A DNA stretch of 64,000 nt, taken from IMG/VR virus record IMGVR_UViG_3300029288_000136. One strand, given 5' to 3'. This DNA comes from a virus (lineage: Duplodnaviria; Heunggongvirae; Uroviricota; Caudoviricetes). A model generated the notes under the pieces. The model had not been told where the DNA came from, did not search any database, and saw nothing but the letters and a program-made list of their open reading frames with translations. Position numbers and translations under genes: made by a program. Every line of letters starts with the position of its first letter. Within the stretch, counting starts at the first letter, position 1. Positions 47,466 to 56,749 of this stretch are shown here, in pieces.

Positions 47466-48535
47466 GAGACAGTCATATCTACCATGTCGTAACAGCAGTA
47501 GTCGTGTTTCTTACAGGTTTTCTCCTCAGTGGATTTTTTCTTTGAGGAATTTAGTTCTGAATCCTTTGAGAAAGTCCTGAACCAGGACTCCTTTTCCTTA
47601 GCGACTTGGACTAGTTTGGCGGCTTCCTTCTTGATTGCTTTGATTATGCGGTTTGGAATTTTTCGTCCAAGATACTCATAGATAAAGATTTCCTGATCCC
47701 TGGTCTCAATGGCCTCCTTACAATAATGCTTTCTAACATAGTCGATTGGGTCTGTTTTCTTGGAGAGGTGGAGACCGCACCATATTGCTAGGACGGTTCC
47801 AGTGCGGCCGTGAGCTCCTTCACATGTGACCAATACTTTTCCAGTGGTGGTTCTCTCTTTTAAGTAGTCAATGATCACATCCATTTGTTCTTTGGTTGGG
47901 GGAGTGCGGTCCATGACATCAACGATTAATGGAGAGAAGTAGCGGGTGTCAAAGATGGGGTATTCTCTGAGGGTGTGGTTGTCAGTCATAACCCAACCTG
48001 AGAATTCCTTCAAGCGATCATAAGGTATTGTGTAGGACATCAGGCGGACTGGTTGTAGATTGAATAGCTTGGGGTGGCTGTGTTCAATGGTGTGGGAGCA
48101 AGTATCAAAGTTGTAATAAGTGTTTGAGTGGATACAAGCTGAGCCTTTGGTGTAGAGGCCGCCGCTCAATGTGGTTTGACCTCTCATCATAGCTTCCTCT
48201 TGTTCGAGCTTGTATTCTTCAAACATGTCGCGTTCTTCTTCTGATGAGGCGCATTGAGTTAGGTAGCCTTCACATGCCAAGACAATGCGCTCATAATCTT
48301 CTTCAGAGTGACATTCAAGAGCGCAATCACATCCAATGCAGTCTACAGGTGAGCCGCATATGTCAATGTCTGATATCATAGTAGAATCTACAAGTGGAAG
48401 GATACCATAATCCTTTGACTCCTTTTCGCTCACATCGTGGTCTGAGAATAAGGAGACAATGGCTTGGTTCTCATTGATGTCATCTGAGAAGTCTTCATTT
48501 GAGTTACGTCTGCTTGTGTGTTTGTTTCGTCCCAT
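47408..48535 (-). CDS. Cys-rich protein with dual-specificity/tyrosine phosphatase (CX5R) domain
   Basis: VLVTCEGAHGRTGTVLAIWCGL fits the HC-x5-R(S/T)G P-loop signature, with the TPPTKEQ region upstream. The N-terminal half is Cys-rich. Confidence 0.5.
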   Translation of the reverse strand: MGRNKHTSRRNSNEDFSDDINENQAIVSLFSDHDVSEKESKDYGILPLVDSTMISDIDICGSPVDCIGCDCALECHSEEDYERIVLACEGYLTQCASSEEERDMFEEYKLEQEEAMMRGQTTLSGGLYTKGSACIHSNTYYNFDTCSHTIEHSHPKLFNLQPVRLMSYTIPYDRLKEFSGWVMTDNHTLREYPIFDTRYFSPLIVDVMDRTPPTKEQMDVIIDYLKERTTTGKVLVTCEGAHGRTGTVLAIWCGLHLSKKTDPIDYVRKHYCKEAIETRDQEIFIYEYLGRKIPNRIIKAIKKEAAKLVQVAKEKESWFRTFSKDSELNSSKKKSTEEKTCKKHDYCCYDMVDMTVSCICGASRPMNKDELRDFT

Positions 48536-48990
48536 TTTTGAATCTTATTTAATGTATTTTAAAAAGTATGTTTAATTGGATAAGTGAGAATAAAACTCAA
48601 GAGAGTTTAAGCTCTTGAGTAAATACTGTTGTTGTTTCCGTTGTCGTGGTCGATCTATTGGCTGCCGTATCCGTAGGTTTTGTCAACTATTTCCTGAGCG
48701 TTTTCTCCCTTAGATATGTGGGTTACGGAGAGGACAGAAGGGGTTGCCTTTGATGTTCCCTGGGTGTATAGGAAGCGAACAGCTGAGTTCACTACTCCAA
48801 CACATAAGCCAACTGAGGTTACTTGTGATGCGTGGTTTCCTTGCTTCCAGGTAAAGGACTCAGGTAGCTCTCCTTTTACAGTTGTGGTCTGATCTGCAAG
48901 TTGTATGCGGACTCTTACTGCTTCTTCACTGATCGCTCTGATTCCAATTAATCCTTTGTTGTTTCTTCAGGTTCTGTTGGGGTGGTCATC

Positions 48991-49209
48991 TTAAGGTTTG
49001 TAACGCGGTTCGATTGTGGTTCCGAATCGTTTGAGTCTGCATAGGGAGTTGATTTGATTGATGCGGAATATAAGGGAACGTGCTTGTTTTACTGTCATGC
49101 CTTCGATTAACTGTCGTTCATGTTCCATGAGGCCGTCAGTGTTTACTGGTTGGTTGTCTGCTTCAAGTTCGCGTTGTCTCATCTGTTTGATTGCATCGGA
49201 GAAGGTCAT
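48991..49209 (-). CDS. hypothetical protein
   Basis: 72 aa. Confidence 0.3.
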   Translation of the reverse strand: MTFSDAIKQMRQRELEADNQPVNTDGLMEHERQLIEGMTVKQARSLIFRINQINSLCRLKRFGTTIEPRYKP

Positions 49210-49493
49210 TTTATTTTTTGTAGTCTGGAGAGCACTTGTATCTGAATAAATCTGGTTGGAATTGGGGGTTGTCTTTTTTGAAGACGAGGCAGAGAGCGTC
49301 CAGTTGTTGTTCTATGCTTCCAGTGCGGAAGGCTTTGGCTACCAGTTCGTAATCTTTGCGGCTTGTCATTTTGATTTGTTTAGTTTACGTAAGGCAAAGT
49401 ATCATCCAAGATATATTCCAAGGAAAGAGCCAAGGTATATTCCAAAGAAAAAGGCAAGTGACCATTGAATCAGTGTAATTTGTGCGATTTGAT

Positions 49494-49916
49494 TCATTTT
49501 TGTTTGTTTAATTTGATTCTATTGATTTTTTCTTCTTGTAACTCTGCAAGTATTGTTTTAAGGTAATCTACCTCTGATTGTATTAGTGATATCATATATG
49601 AGTCAGTTGGGTCTATTGTTGTTTGTAGTTTTCTTTTTCCTTCTAAAACGTATTTTGTGTGTATTTTGTCCCAAGGCGTATTTACACAATGTCCATCTCT
49701 TAAGCGTATTGGACAATATTCGCATTTAAAATTTACGAAGAATGTTAAGCATAAAGGGCATGTATCAGTGTAGATTTCAGGGGAGTATGGTTTTTTGGCA
49801 TTTGGCTTTAAGTTGTCTTTGATCCAGTGAGAGATGCTTTGCTTGGTTGCCTCGATTGCTTTGTTAAGGTCTTGGTCTGTGTGTGTTGTTGTGTATTTGG
49901 TTGTACTGATTGTCAT
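49494..49916 (-). CDS. Cys-rich hypothetical protein
   Basis: CPLCLTFFVNFKCEYCPIRLRDGHC. Confidence 0.35.
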   Translation of the reverse strand: MTISTTKYTTTHTDQDLNKAIEATKQSISHWIKDNLKPNAKKPYSPEIYTDTCPLCLTFFVNFKCEYCPIRLRDGHCVNTPWDKIHTKYVLEGKRKLQTTIDPTDSYMISLIQSEVDYLKTILAELQEEKINRIKLNKQK

Positions 49917-49926
49917 TTTTATTTGT

Positions 49927-50121
49927 TTATTTTGATTCGTTTAAGAGTGATCTTGCGTGTTGGATTATTTTGGTTGCGGATTGCTTGAGTATTCCTATTT
50001 CTTCAAAGTCAAGATATGTGGATTCTGAGACATCTTGGATTGAGTAGATTCCTTGGGAGTTTAGGGCTTTCTCAAGTTTTGGTCCGATTCCTGCTATTTC
50101 TTTTAGGTCGTATTCGTCCAT
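49927..50121 (-). CDS. helix-hairpin-helix DNA-binding mini-protein
   Basis: IAGIGPKLEKAL HhH motif. Confidence 0.4.
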   Translation of the reverse strand: MDEYDLKEIAGIGPKLEKALNSQGIYSIQDVSESTYLDFEEIGILKQSATKIIQHARSLLNESK

Positions 50122-50331
50122 TTTTGTTGTAACTTGATTTTATCTGGTTTTAAGATTAATTGTTTTTATAAAGGAATTGGCTTCGTGTTCGTAGTATATG
50201 AATTCGATTGATGATTCGATCAAGTAGTTTGATTAATTCATTCCATGTTTGTCGTAGTCGTAACAGGAGTGTCCATGTATGTCTAAATCTTGTTCATTCA
50301 TTATAGTATTTTAAGTGTTTGTGTGAATTGA

Positions 50332-50751
50332 TTAGAGGGGTTTGTATGAGCAGATGGGGTAGCGTCTGTCTGCTTTGGAGGTGTATGGTTTGAGGTTGTA
50401 GATGCGGCTTGGGGGCCTGGGTTCAAGGGGGTTGCGGTTTAGGTCTTTTTTCTTGCGTTTTAGGTAGTCTATTGCGTCTTCTTTTTGTGTTGAGTGGAAT
50501 TGTTTTAGGGTTTTGACTGTGGTGGGGGTTATGTGGAGTATTTGGTAGACTAGTTGGTTTGGGCGTAGTAGTAGGGGGAGGATTTTTAGTGAGTCGTTTA
50601 GGCCTAGGCGGTAGTAGCCGTTGAATTCGCCTTTTTTATCGTATGTTTCGATCCAGTTGGTTGAATGCTGGATTTGCGTTGTAAGTGGTTCGATTAATGG
50701 TGTGGTCATTGGTTCCTTTATTGGTTCCTGCTCTTTAATCAGTGTTTCCAT
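50332..50751 (-). CDS. hypothetical protein
   Basis: 139 aa, P/T-rich. Confidence 0.3.
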   Translation of the reverse strand: METLIKEQEPIKEPMTTPLIEPLTTQIQHSTNWIETYDKKGEFNGYYRLGLNDSLKILPLLLRPNQLVYQILHITPTTVKTLKQFHSTQKEDAIDYLKRKKKDLNRNPLEPRPPSRIYNLKPYTSKADRRYPICSYKPL

Positions 50752-50758
50752 GTTAGAT

Positions 50759-50956
50759 TTATCTTAATTTGCAGTACTCTTTGAATCTGGGTGTGTGTTT
50801 ATGAAGTAGTGAATCATATTTGGAGTATTTATCAGATAATGGGTGTTCATTGTCTCTTATTCCAACTAGGCGGTTATAGAGAGTCATGAAGTAATGTAAA
50901 CTTGCCTCACTTAAAGCATTGTCGTATTCTTTTAGTTCTTGTTCAAATGTTTCCAT
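50759..50956 (-). CDS. hypothetical protein
   Basis: 65 aa. Confidence 0.3.
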   Translation of the reverse strand: METFEQELKEYDNALSEASLHYFMTLYNRLVGIRDNEHPLSDKYSKYDSLLHKHTPRFKEYCKLR

Positions 50957-50962
50957 GTTAGA

Positions 50963-51178
50963 TTAAGGCTTTGTAATTGTTGCTCTTATGGTGTATGTTG
51001 ATTCGTCAAAGGTTCGTGTGTAGGTGTAGAGTTTCCATGTGCCTGGGAGGAAGCCAAGGCCTTTTAGGATTCTGTTGGCGGCTCCTTTGAGTGTTTTTAG
51101 ATCTCTGATGAAGATTCCGTTGTCAGAACCCAGTCCTGCTAGTTGTCCGTTTATGTGCCTTTCAGCAAAGTAGTTCAT
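50963..51178 (-). CDS. hypothetical protein
   Basis: 71 aa. Confidence 0.3.
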   Translation of the reverse strand: MNYFAERHINGQLAGLGSDNGIFIRDLKTLKGAANRILKGLGFLPGTWKLYTYTRTFDESTYTIRATITKP

Positions 51179-51542
51179 GTTAGAGGTTATTGCTTAGGAT
51201 ATATCTTGTGTATCTCATCTCATCATCTAACTGTTCATATACTGAGTTCTTGAATTGGTTGTCTTTGCTTGGGATTCTGTCTAATAGGATTGTTAAGGCA
51301 TTCATTATGGCTTCTTGATTCCTGAGTATCTGTTTGGGTGTTGGGTCCATGTTATGGTTTAGATGGTGATGAGTTTATTTGATTGATTAAATCCTTGCAG
51401 CCTTTAAGGATTGTTGACTTCTGTAGTTCTGATAGTTCTTGTGAGTCAATTGTTATTGTATTTTGTCCCTGGTATATGCAGGTTATTGTATTGTTTTTAT
51501 TTGTGTATTTGCCAAAAGTAATTGGGTCCATGTTAGAGTTTA

Positions 51543-51860
51543 TTATTGACTATTTTCTTGTAGTTTTTCAAGTATGGTGTCATCTGTGAAGGCTATCCGG
51601 GTTTTTAGGGCTTGGTCAGCTGGCGGGCCTGAGAAGATACGTTTGAAGGCGGATTCTTTAAGTACGACAAGGCGGCCTGTGTTGGGGTTTATTAGGAGGA
51701 TGCCTTCAGTTAAGTATTTGGTTTGGCATTCTTCGCATACTTGGGGTAGGGTTGAGTCTTTAGGAGGGAGTTCGTATTTAGTGTTTTTTCGTGCTATGAG
51801 GATTACTTCCCTGTGGCATATCATACAGTCTTTTACCAGTGTTGTTTCTCCAAGTTTCAT
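51543..51860 (-). CDS. zinc-ribbon protein
   Basis: CMICHREV...CEECQTKY. Confidence 0.35.
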   Translation of the reverse strand: MKLGETTLVKDCMICHREVILIARKNTKYELPPKDSTLPQVCEECQTKYLTEGILLINPNTGRLVVLKESAFKRIFSGPPADQALKTRIAFTDDTILEKLQENSQ

Positions 51861-52220
51861 TTTGTTTGGTTTATTTGTTATGTTAAGGTAATTGTGGGGA
51901 TAGTTTGGGGATAGTTGTTGGAAAGATGCGGGAAAGATTGACTCAAATTTGGGTAGGTACTCGGATTTGAGCAGGTACTCATTTTTGGGTAATTACTCAA
52001 AAGTGAGTAGGAAAAGTGTTAGAAAGTGGACTCACTTAATTCCAAGATAGGTGAGGACTTGGACATTAAGTGAGTGTAAGTGTAATAGGTATCAAGAGAA
52101 CCATATTGATGTATTTTAATATATCAATAAGGGTTTATTATTGGGTTTTTTCTTAAGTTTATTCAAATAAATTGAATAAAAGAAAAACAATAAATAAAAG
52201 AAGAATTTTTGTTCGTTTAT

Positions 52221-52742
52221 TCAAGAGAAGATTTCCTCAAAACCGGGGGAAAAGCGAAAAAGCTCTGAATGAGTTGATTTCAATAAACGAAGAGCAATTT
52301 CAGGAGAAACAAAGCCTTTATAATCGGTTTCATAGATTTCCTTAATGCGATTAATGTAAGCATGTTTTATTCCCTCTGACTCGATTTTACACTGGTTTTT
52401 CCAGTCAGGGTCGAGAGAAATGCTCTTGAATAGGTTTGATGTTGCTTTTTGGACAAGGGCTTCAAAAACTGCTCGGTCTTTTTGGAGGAGTAAAGCCATT
52501 TCAGGAGTTAAAGGAATTGTCATAGTGTTTATACCAATGCCTATGCGTATTTGTTTTTGACTTTCGATAAGTTCTTTATCGTAGGCGATTATTTGTTCAT
52601 AGGTTTTGTTGTCGTATTTTCTTTTACGGAAGTCATAGCGGCGCATATGACTTAATTTCTTTTCGTTCTCTTTCGTTCTTTCACTTGGTCCGGTCAAGAG
52701 GACTTTTCCTCTTGGATGGTTTCGTCTATCCATTGGTTTCAC
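52221..52742 (-). CDS. basic hypothetical protein
   Basis: 173 aa, K/R-rich N-terminus. Confidence 0.35.
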   Translation of the reverse strand: MKPMDRRNHPRGKVLLTGPSERTKENEKKLSHMRRYDFRKRKYDNKTYEQIIAYDKELIESQKQIRIGIGINTMTIPLTPEMALLLQKDRAVFEALVQKATSNLFKSISLDPDWKNQCKIESEGIKHAYINRIKEIYETDYKGFVSPEIALRLLKSTHSELFRFSPGFEEIFS

Positions 52743-52831
52743 CTTTTATTTTTAATTTTTTTTAATTTGTGAGAATGAATAGAAGAAGACCAAGTTCAGT
52801 TGACTTGGCTCTACAGATTCGATCAAGCCCT

Positions 52832-53245
52832 TTATTTCAGGGTTAATGCTCCCAGGACTTTTATCTGGGTTTCCGCCTGTCCACCGAGGTACTTGATACC
52901 GCTTAACCACTCGGTCGGATACTGCGTTGGATTTTCAAACGCAGCCAGAGCAGTCTTGTTCATTGCGTCTATTTGCTCCTCGGTGTAGACGATTCCCACT
53001 GCTGCTGATTGAGTCACTATTGACTTAACTTTGGCTAATGGGTCGCCTGTTTTTACGTCGCATACTCGTGCGACTTCGGTCAGCACTTTGACTGCTGCTG
53101 TCAGTTCTTCTTTGCTTATGCCGTGAAGTTCAATCTTTGTCGCAAGTGTTGCGGCTGGGATTGACTTCTTTTTCTCGTCTGTTTCTGTTGCCATTTTTCG
53201 CTCAATTAATTGAGAGGGAAATGGAGAGTTAATTATTTGGAACAA
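52832..53245 (-). CDS. hypothetical protein
   Basis: 137 aa. Confidence 0.35.
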   Translation of the reverse strand: MFQIINSPFPSQLIERKMATETDEKKKSIPAATLATKIELHGISKEELTAAVKVLTEVARVCDVKTGDPLAKVKSIVTQSAAVGIVYTEEQIDAMNKTALAAFENPTQYPTEWLSGIKYLGGQAETQIKVLGALTLK

Positions 53246-53284
53246 GTGTGAGTCGTCAATGTAGGCAGTGTGCCTCTATTGGAT

Positions 53285-53500
53285 TTATCTTCTGAGAATC
53301 AATCCGAGCAATCTGTCGGGGTCGAAGTCGGACATCTTTATCAGTTGCCTCTCGCTCATCCCTGTCATCATGGAGATTTCCTTAAGTGGGATCTTCGATG
53401 TGCTTCCATTGGCTTCCAGTACAAAGACAGGCTCCCTGCTTCTTGTTTTGATTGGCAGGTCGCTCACCCTTATCTGGATGCCCCTTGTTGTATAGGTCAT
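53285..53500 (-). CDS. HTH-like regulator candidate
   Basis: ISMMTGMSERQLIKM is an HTH-like segment. First gene of the minus block, next to the long non-coding region. Confidence 0.3.
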   Translation of the reverse strand: MTYTTRGIQIRVSDLPIKTRSREPVFVLEANGSTSKIPLKEISMMTGMSERQLIKMSDFDPDRLLGLILRR

Positions 53501-53913
53501 CCTTAAAGTCTGTTAAGTTGGATATATCTGAGAATTCCTTGGAGATTATCTTTATGAATCTTCTTATCATTCAGAATTTTCTGAATTAATTTATTCTTAT
53601 CTCCATGTCTTAGAAGTGTTATTAACACGTAGTCAGGGATGGATTCAAGATTTATTTCCATGTTCATATCAGTTCCACTATGTAGAACATTAATTGAATC
53701 AGTTTCATTTTATTTTTTTAGAATCATTGATTAAACATTTTTTGCATGTAACTGCTTTTTTTGTTCTTGAAGCATTATTTATTTCGTTAAGACTAAGCCC
53801 ACATGCTATTTTATTGTCTCCGATAATTAAGTGAATAAATTTGTTTTTCATTTTGAGTATACTTTAGGAATCAAGTCTCTTACATTGGGTACAGTCCATT
53901 TTTGAGAAGAAAA

Positions 53914-53939
53914 TGATTAACTCATTTTTGAGTTAATCA
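53914..53939. promoter_or_regulatory. perfect 11-bp inverted repeat with 4-nt spacer (operator- or terminator-like)
   Basis: TGATTAACTCA-TTTT-TGAGTTAATCA. A CATTTTTGAG direct repeat is also present. Confidence 0.4.
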
Positions 53940-53999
53940 AATTATGTGCATGTTTACTTCATACATCATCCATTCTGTGCCTGAGCATATCTGTATGTT

Positions 54000-54780
54000 G
54001 GCTATGTAAGCACAAGCATCCAAATATCTCTGAGCAAGTCGAGAGAATTCCATTGTTTAGTTCACCTTAAAACAGTTGCTTGGCGGCATAGTGATTGAAC
54101 ACACATGCCTTAACCAGCCCGTGCAGTCTTCCAATTAAGGCTTGACTGCACGCTGTGGTATTTAGAAGCAGCACCATGTTTACTCCTTTCACCATATTGG
54201 CTTATGGATGCCAACAGCTTTCCCGTTGAATGCAGAACAGCTGAATAAGTCAGCCCGATTCAAAGGTTATACTATGTGGCAGTGCTGCCCGTATGCCTGC
54301 ATTATTTAAATACTTGCCCGCTCTGCCTCCGACAGCCGACAGTCTAAACTGTAGTAGTCATGCGTCCTCCCCGTTTTTGCTATTATCTCCAATCTTCCAA
54401 GGACCGAGTAGTTACTGACTACATCACCCGGTTAGTTCCTTGACCGTCAAGGAGAGCAATTCGTAAGAGCCGACGCTCAAGAGTATAGAGCCTCAAGTTT
54501 GTTTTTTGCGCTTTGCGACACGAGAGCCAGGCTAACAGCTCCCGTTTTTTTGCTCAATCTCATACAACCTCTGAGATTGTCGCACCGCTCCCGCTATATG
54601 GGAGATTCGGAGTCACTCTTATAGGATACAGGATAACAGGTCGCTGCCCGCATTTCCTCCTATGATAACCATTAGACGATTAGGATATAAGAGCGATTAC
54701 GACCAATTTCCCAAACCAAAACCAGCACCCTGCGAATTCACAGAGCAAAAAGATTAGAAGGGGTAGTTACACTATTTTTT
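54000..54780. other. GC-richer, hairpin-rich non-coding region upstream of terL (candidate ncRNA or packaging/ori region)
   Basis: No ATG-initiated ORF of 60 aa or more in any frame, although base composition is more balanced than the flanks. Contains an 8-bp stem-loop CAATCTCA-n9-TGAGATTG at 54555-54579, among others. Confidence 0.35.
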
Positions 54781-54785
54781 CTCAG

Positions 54786-54836
54786 TCTGACCTTTGACTT
54801 TTTCTTATTCTGATCTTTGATTATTCTGACCTTTGG
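54786..54836. repeat. three iteron-like 12-bp repeats TCTGA(C/T)CTTTG(A/G)
   Basis: Copies at 54786, 54809 and 54825. Confidence 0.45.
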
Positions 54837-54945
54837 TAAAAATCGGACTCAAACATTAGAAGCATAAATACTTATACTCTCATAATTACACATTCCAAAC
54901 AATTAATCTTAACATATACTTAATCAACCAAAAATACAAACCACA

Positions 54946-55083
54946 ATGCTCACCAACATAAGAACCCAAATTAAAACAAACCCAGCAGAACCCAATCTCA
55001 TCTTTGATCCTATAACACTAATGACTCTACACTTATTATCAATAAACAAAACCAAATATTGCATCCATCAATCACAATGCTAA
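54946..55083 (+). CDS. upstream mini-ORF 1, paralogue of the terL N-terminus (45 aa)
   Basis: MLTNIRTQIKTNPAEPNLIFDPITLMTLHLLSINKTKYCIHQSQC. The stop TAA follows the next ATG within CAATGCTAA. Confidence 0.35.
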   Translation: MLTNIRTQIKTNPAEPNLIFDPITLMTLHLLSINKTKYCIHQSQC

Positions 55084-55211
55084 CAAACATAGACCTACAA
55101 ATCAAAACAAGCCTCACAACCTCAAACCACATCATTGATCCAATAACATCAAAGACCCCACACCATCTCCAAATAGATAAACCCAAATACAATTACCACC
55201 CACAATGCTAA
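55077..55211 (+). CDS. upstream mini-ORF 2, paralogue of the terL N-terminus (44 aa)
   Basis: MLTNIDLQIKTSLTTSNHIIDPITSKTPHHLQIDKPKYNYHPQC. Its first 11 residues are nearly identical to the TerL start, and its stop overlaps the terL ATG. Confidence 0.35.
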   Translation: MLTNIDLQIKTSLTTSNHIIDPITSKTPHHLQIDKPKYNYHPQC

Positions 55212-56749
55212 CCAATATCGACTTACAGATCAAGACCGGACTAACAACCTCAGACTTCATAATAAAAGGAGCCACAGACTTCAAATACTGGGCCGAAACC
55301 CTATACGACTACACAATCAAACCATACCACATCGAATGGGCCAACAACCTAACACAACAAACACGCTCCTCAACCATCGCAGCAAGAGGACTAGGCAAAT
55401 CACTCATACTAGGAACCCTAATGCCCATCTGGCTAAGCTTCTACGACTACACACCACAGACAACAAACCTAAAAGGAATAGTAATAGCAGCCCAAAACCT
55501 AAGCCAAAGCACTAAACTAATGATGAACATCCGAAACCACATCAACAAAACAGAACTAACACAACTACTCATACCAAAAACAGGAGACTACACCTGGACC
55601 AAAAAAGAAATAAACACCACAACCGACTGGAAAATAAACGTACTACCATACAGCGACAACGCAAGAGGACCACACGTCCCATACCTCCTAATGGAAGAAG
55701 CAGGTCTATTCACCGACCTAGAAATATACACAGACGTATTCCTACCAATGATCCAAAGAGCCAACGGCAACGCAATGTTATTAGGGACCCCAAAAACAGC
55801 ATACGACCTGCTAGCAAGAAGCCAAATACCCGGAAGCGGATACCAGATAAGCAAATACCCCCTAATCAAAAACGGAGAATGCATCCTACCAGAAATATTC
55901 CCCCCAGAACGAATACAACAAATACGAAAAGACATCGGAGAACTAAGCTTCGCAAGAGAATACCTACTCGAAATAGTAGGAGAAGGACGAGCAATAAAAA
56001 CACAACACATAATAGACAGCCTAGACCCAACAGAAACCTTCACCACACTAGGAACCGAAACAGGAGAATACTACATAGGAGCAGACCTAGCACTATCCCC
56101 CACAGGAGACTACACAGTACTAACAGTCATAGAACGCTACAATGGACGCTACCACATCCGCAAAATAGAAGAATACCGCGGCATGAGCTTCGACAACCAA
56201 ATAAACACCATAGCCACCCTATACAAACAATACAACCCCGTCACCCTACTAATAGACGAAAGCAACTTCGGAGGAATAGTAACCCAAAAACTACAAACAC
56301 AATACAACATACCAGCCCAAAGCATCAAATTCCTCCCAACCACCCGCAACACCATGCTCATAAGACTAATAAACACCTTCACATCAAACAAAATAACCAT
56401 ACCACGAAACCCCAACTGCCCCACCACCCTCACACTAACAGACCACCTACTAGACCAAATAAGCAGCCTACACAGCGACAAAACACGCAGCGGCCAAGAC
56501 ACCTACAAAGCATCAACAAAACACGATGATTCTTTAATGTCCCTAGCACTAGCCCTACACGCAGCAGGAGACACAGACAACTACCAAGAAACAGCCATAC
56601 TAACAGCCAAACCACCAACAAACCAAACACAACAAAACAAGATAATACAAGACAACTACTATGAAACAATACAAAAAATGAGACAAAAACCAATAAAAGA
56701 AACCAAAGAATACGGATCAGCCTTCAACAAATGGCTACCACACAACTAA
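55205..56749 (+). CDS. terL: terminase large subunit
   Basis: Deviant Walker A AARGLGKS, Walker B LLMEEAG. C-terminal nuclease-domain acidic motifs are IGADLALSP, LLIDESNFGG and KHDDSLMSLALALH. 514 aa, immediately upstream of the portal candidate. Confidence 0.8.
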   Translation: MLTNIDLQIKTGLTTSDFIIKGATDFKYWAETLYDYTIKPYHIEWANNLTQQTRSSTIAARGLGKSLILGTLMPIWLSFYDYTPQTTNLKGIVIAAQNLSQSTKLMMNIRNHINKTELTQLLIPKTGDYTWTKKEINTTTDWKINVLPYSDNARGPHVPYLLMEEAGLFTDLEIYTDVFLPMIQRANGNAMLLGTPKTAYDLLARSQIPGSGYQISKYPLIKNGECILPEIFPPERIQQIRKDIGELSFAREYLLEIVGEGRAIKTQHIIDSLDPTETFTTLGTETGEYYIGADLALSPTGDYTVLTVIERYNGRYHIRKIEEYRGMSFDNQINTIATLYKQYNPVTLLIDESNFGGIVTQKLQTQYNIPAQSIKFLPTTRNTMLIRLINTFTSNKITIPRNPNCPTTLTLTDHLLDQISSLHSDKTRSGQDTYKASTKHDDSLMSLALALHAAGDTDNYQETAILTAKPPTNQTQQNKIIQDNYYETIQKMRQKPIKETKEYGSAFNKWLPHN

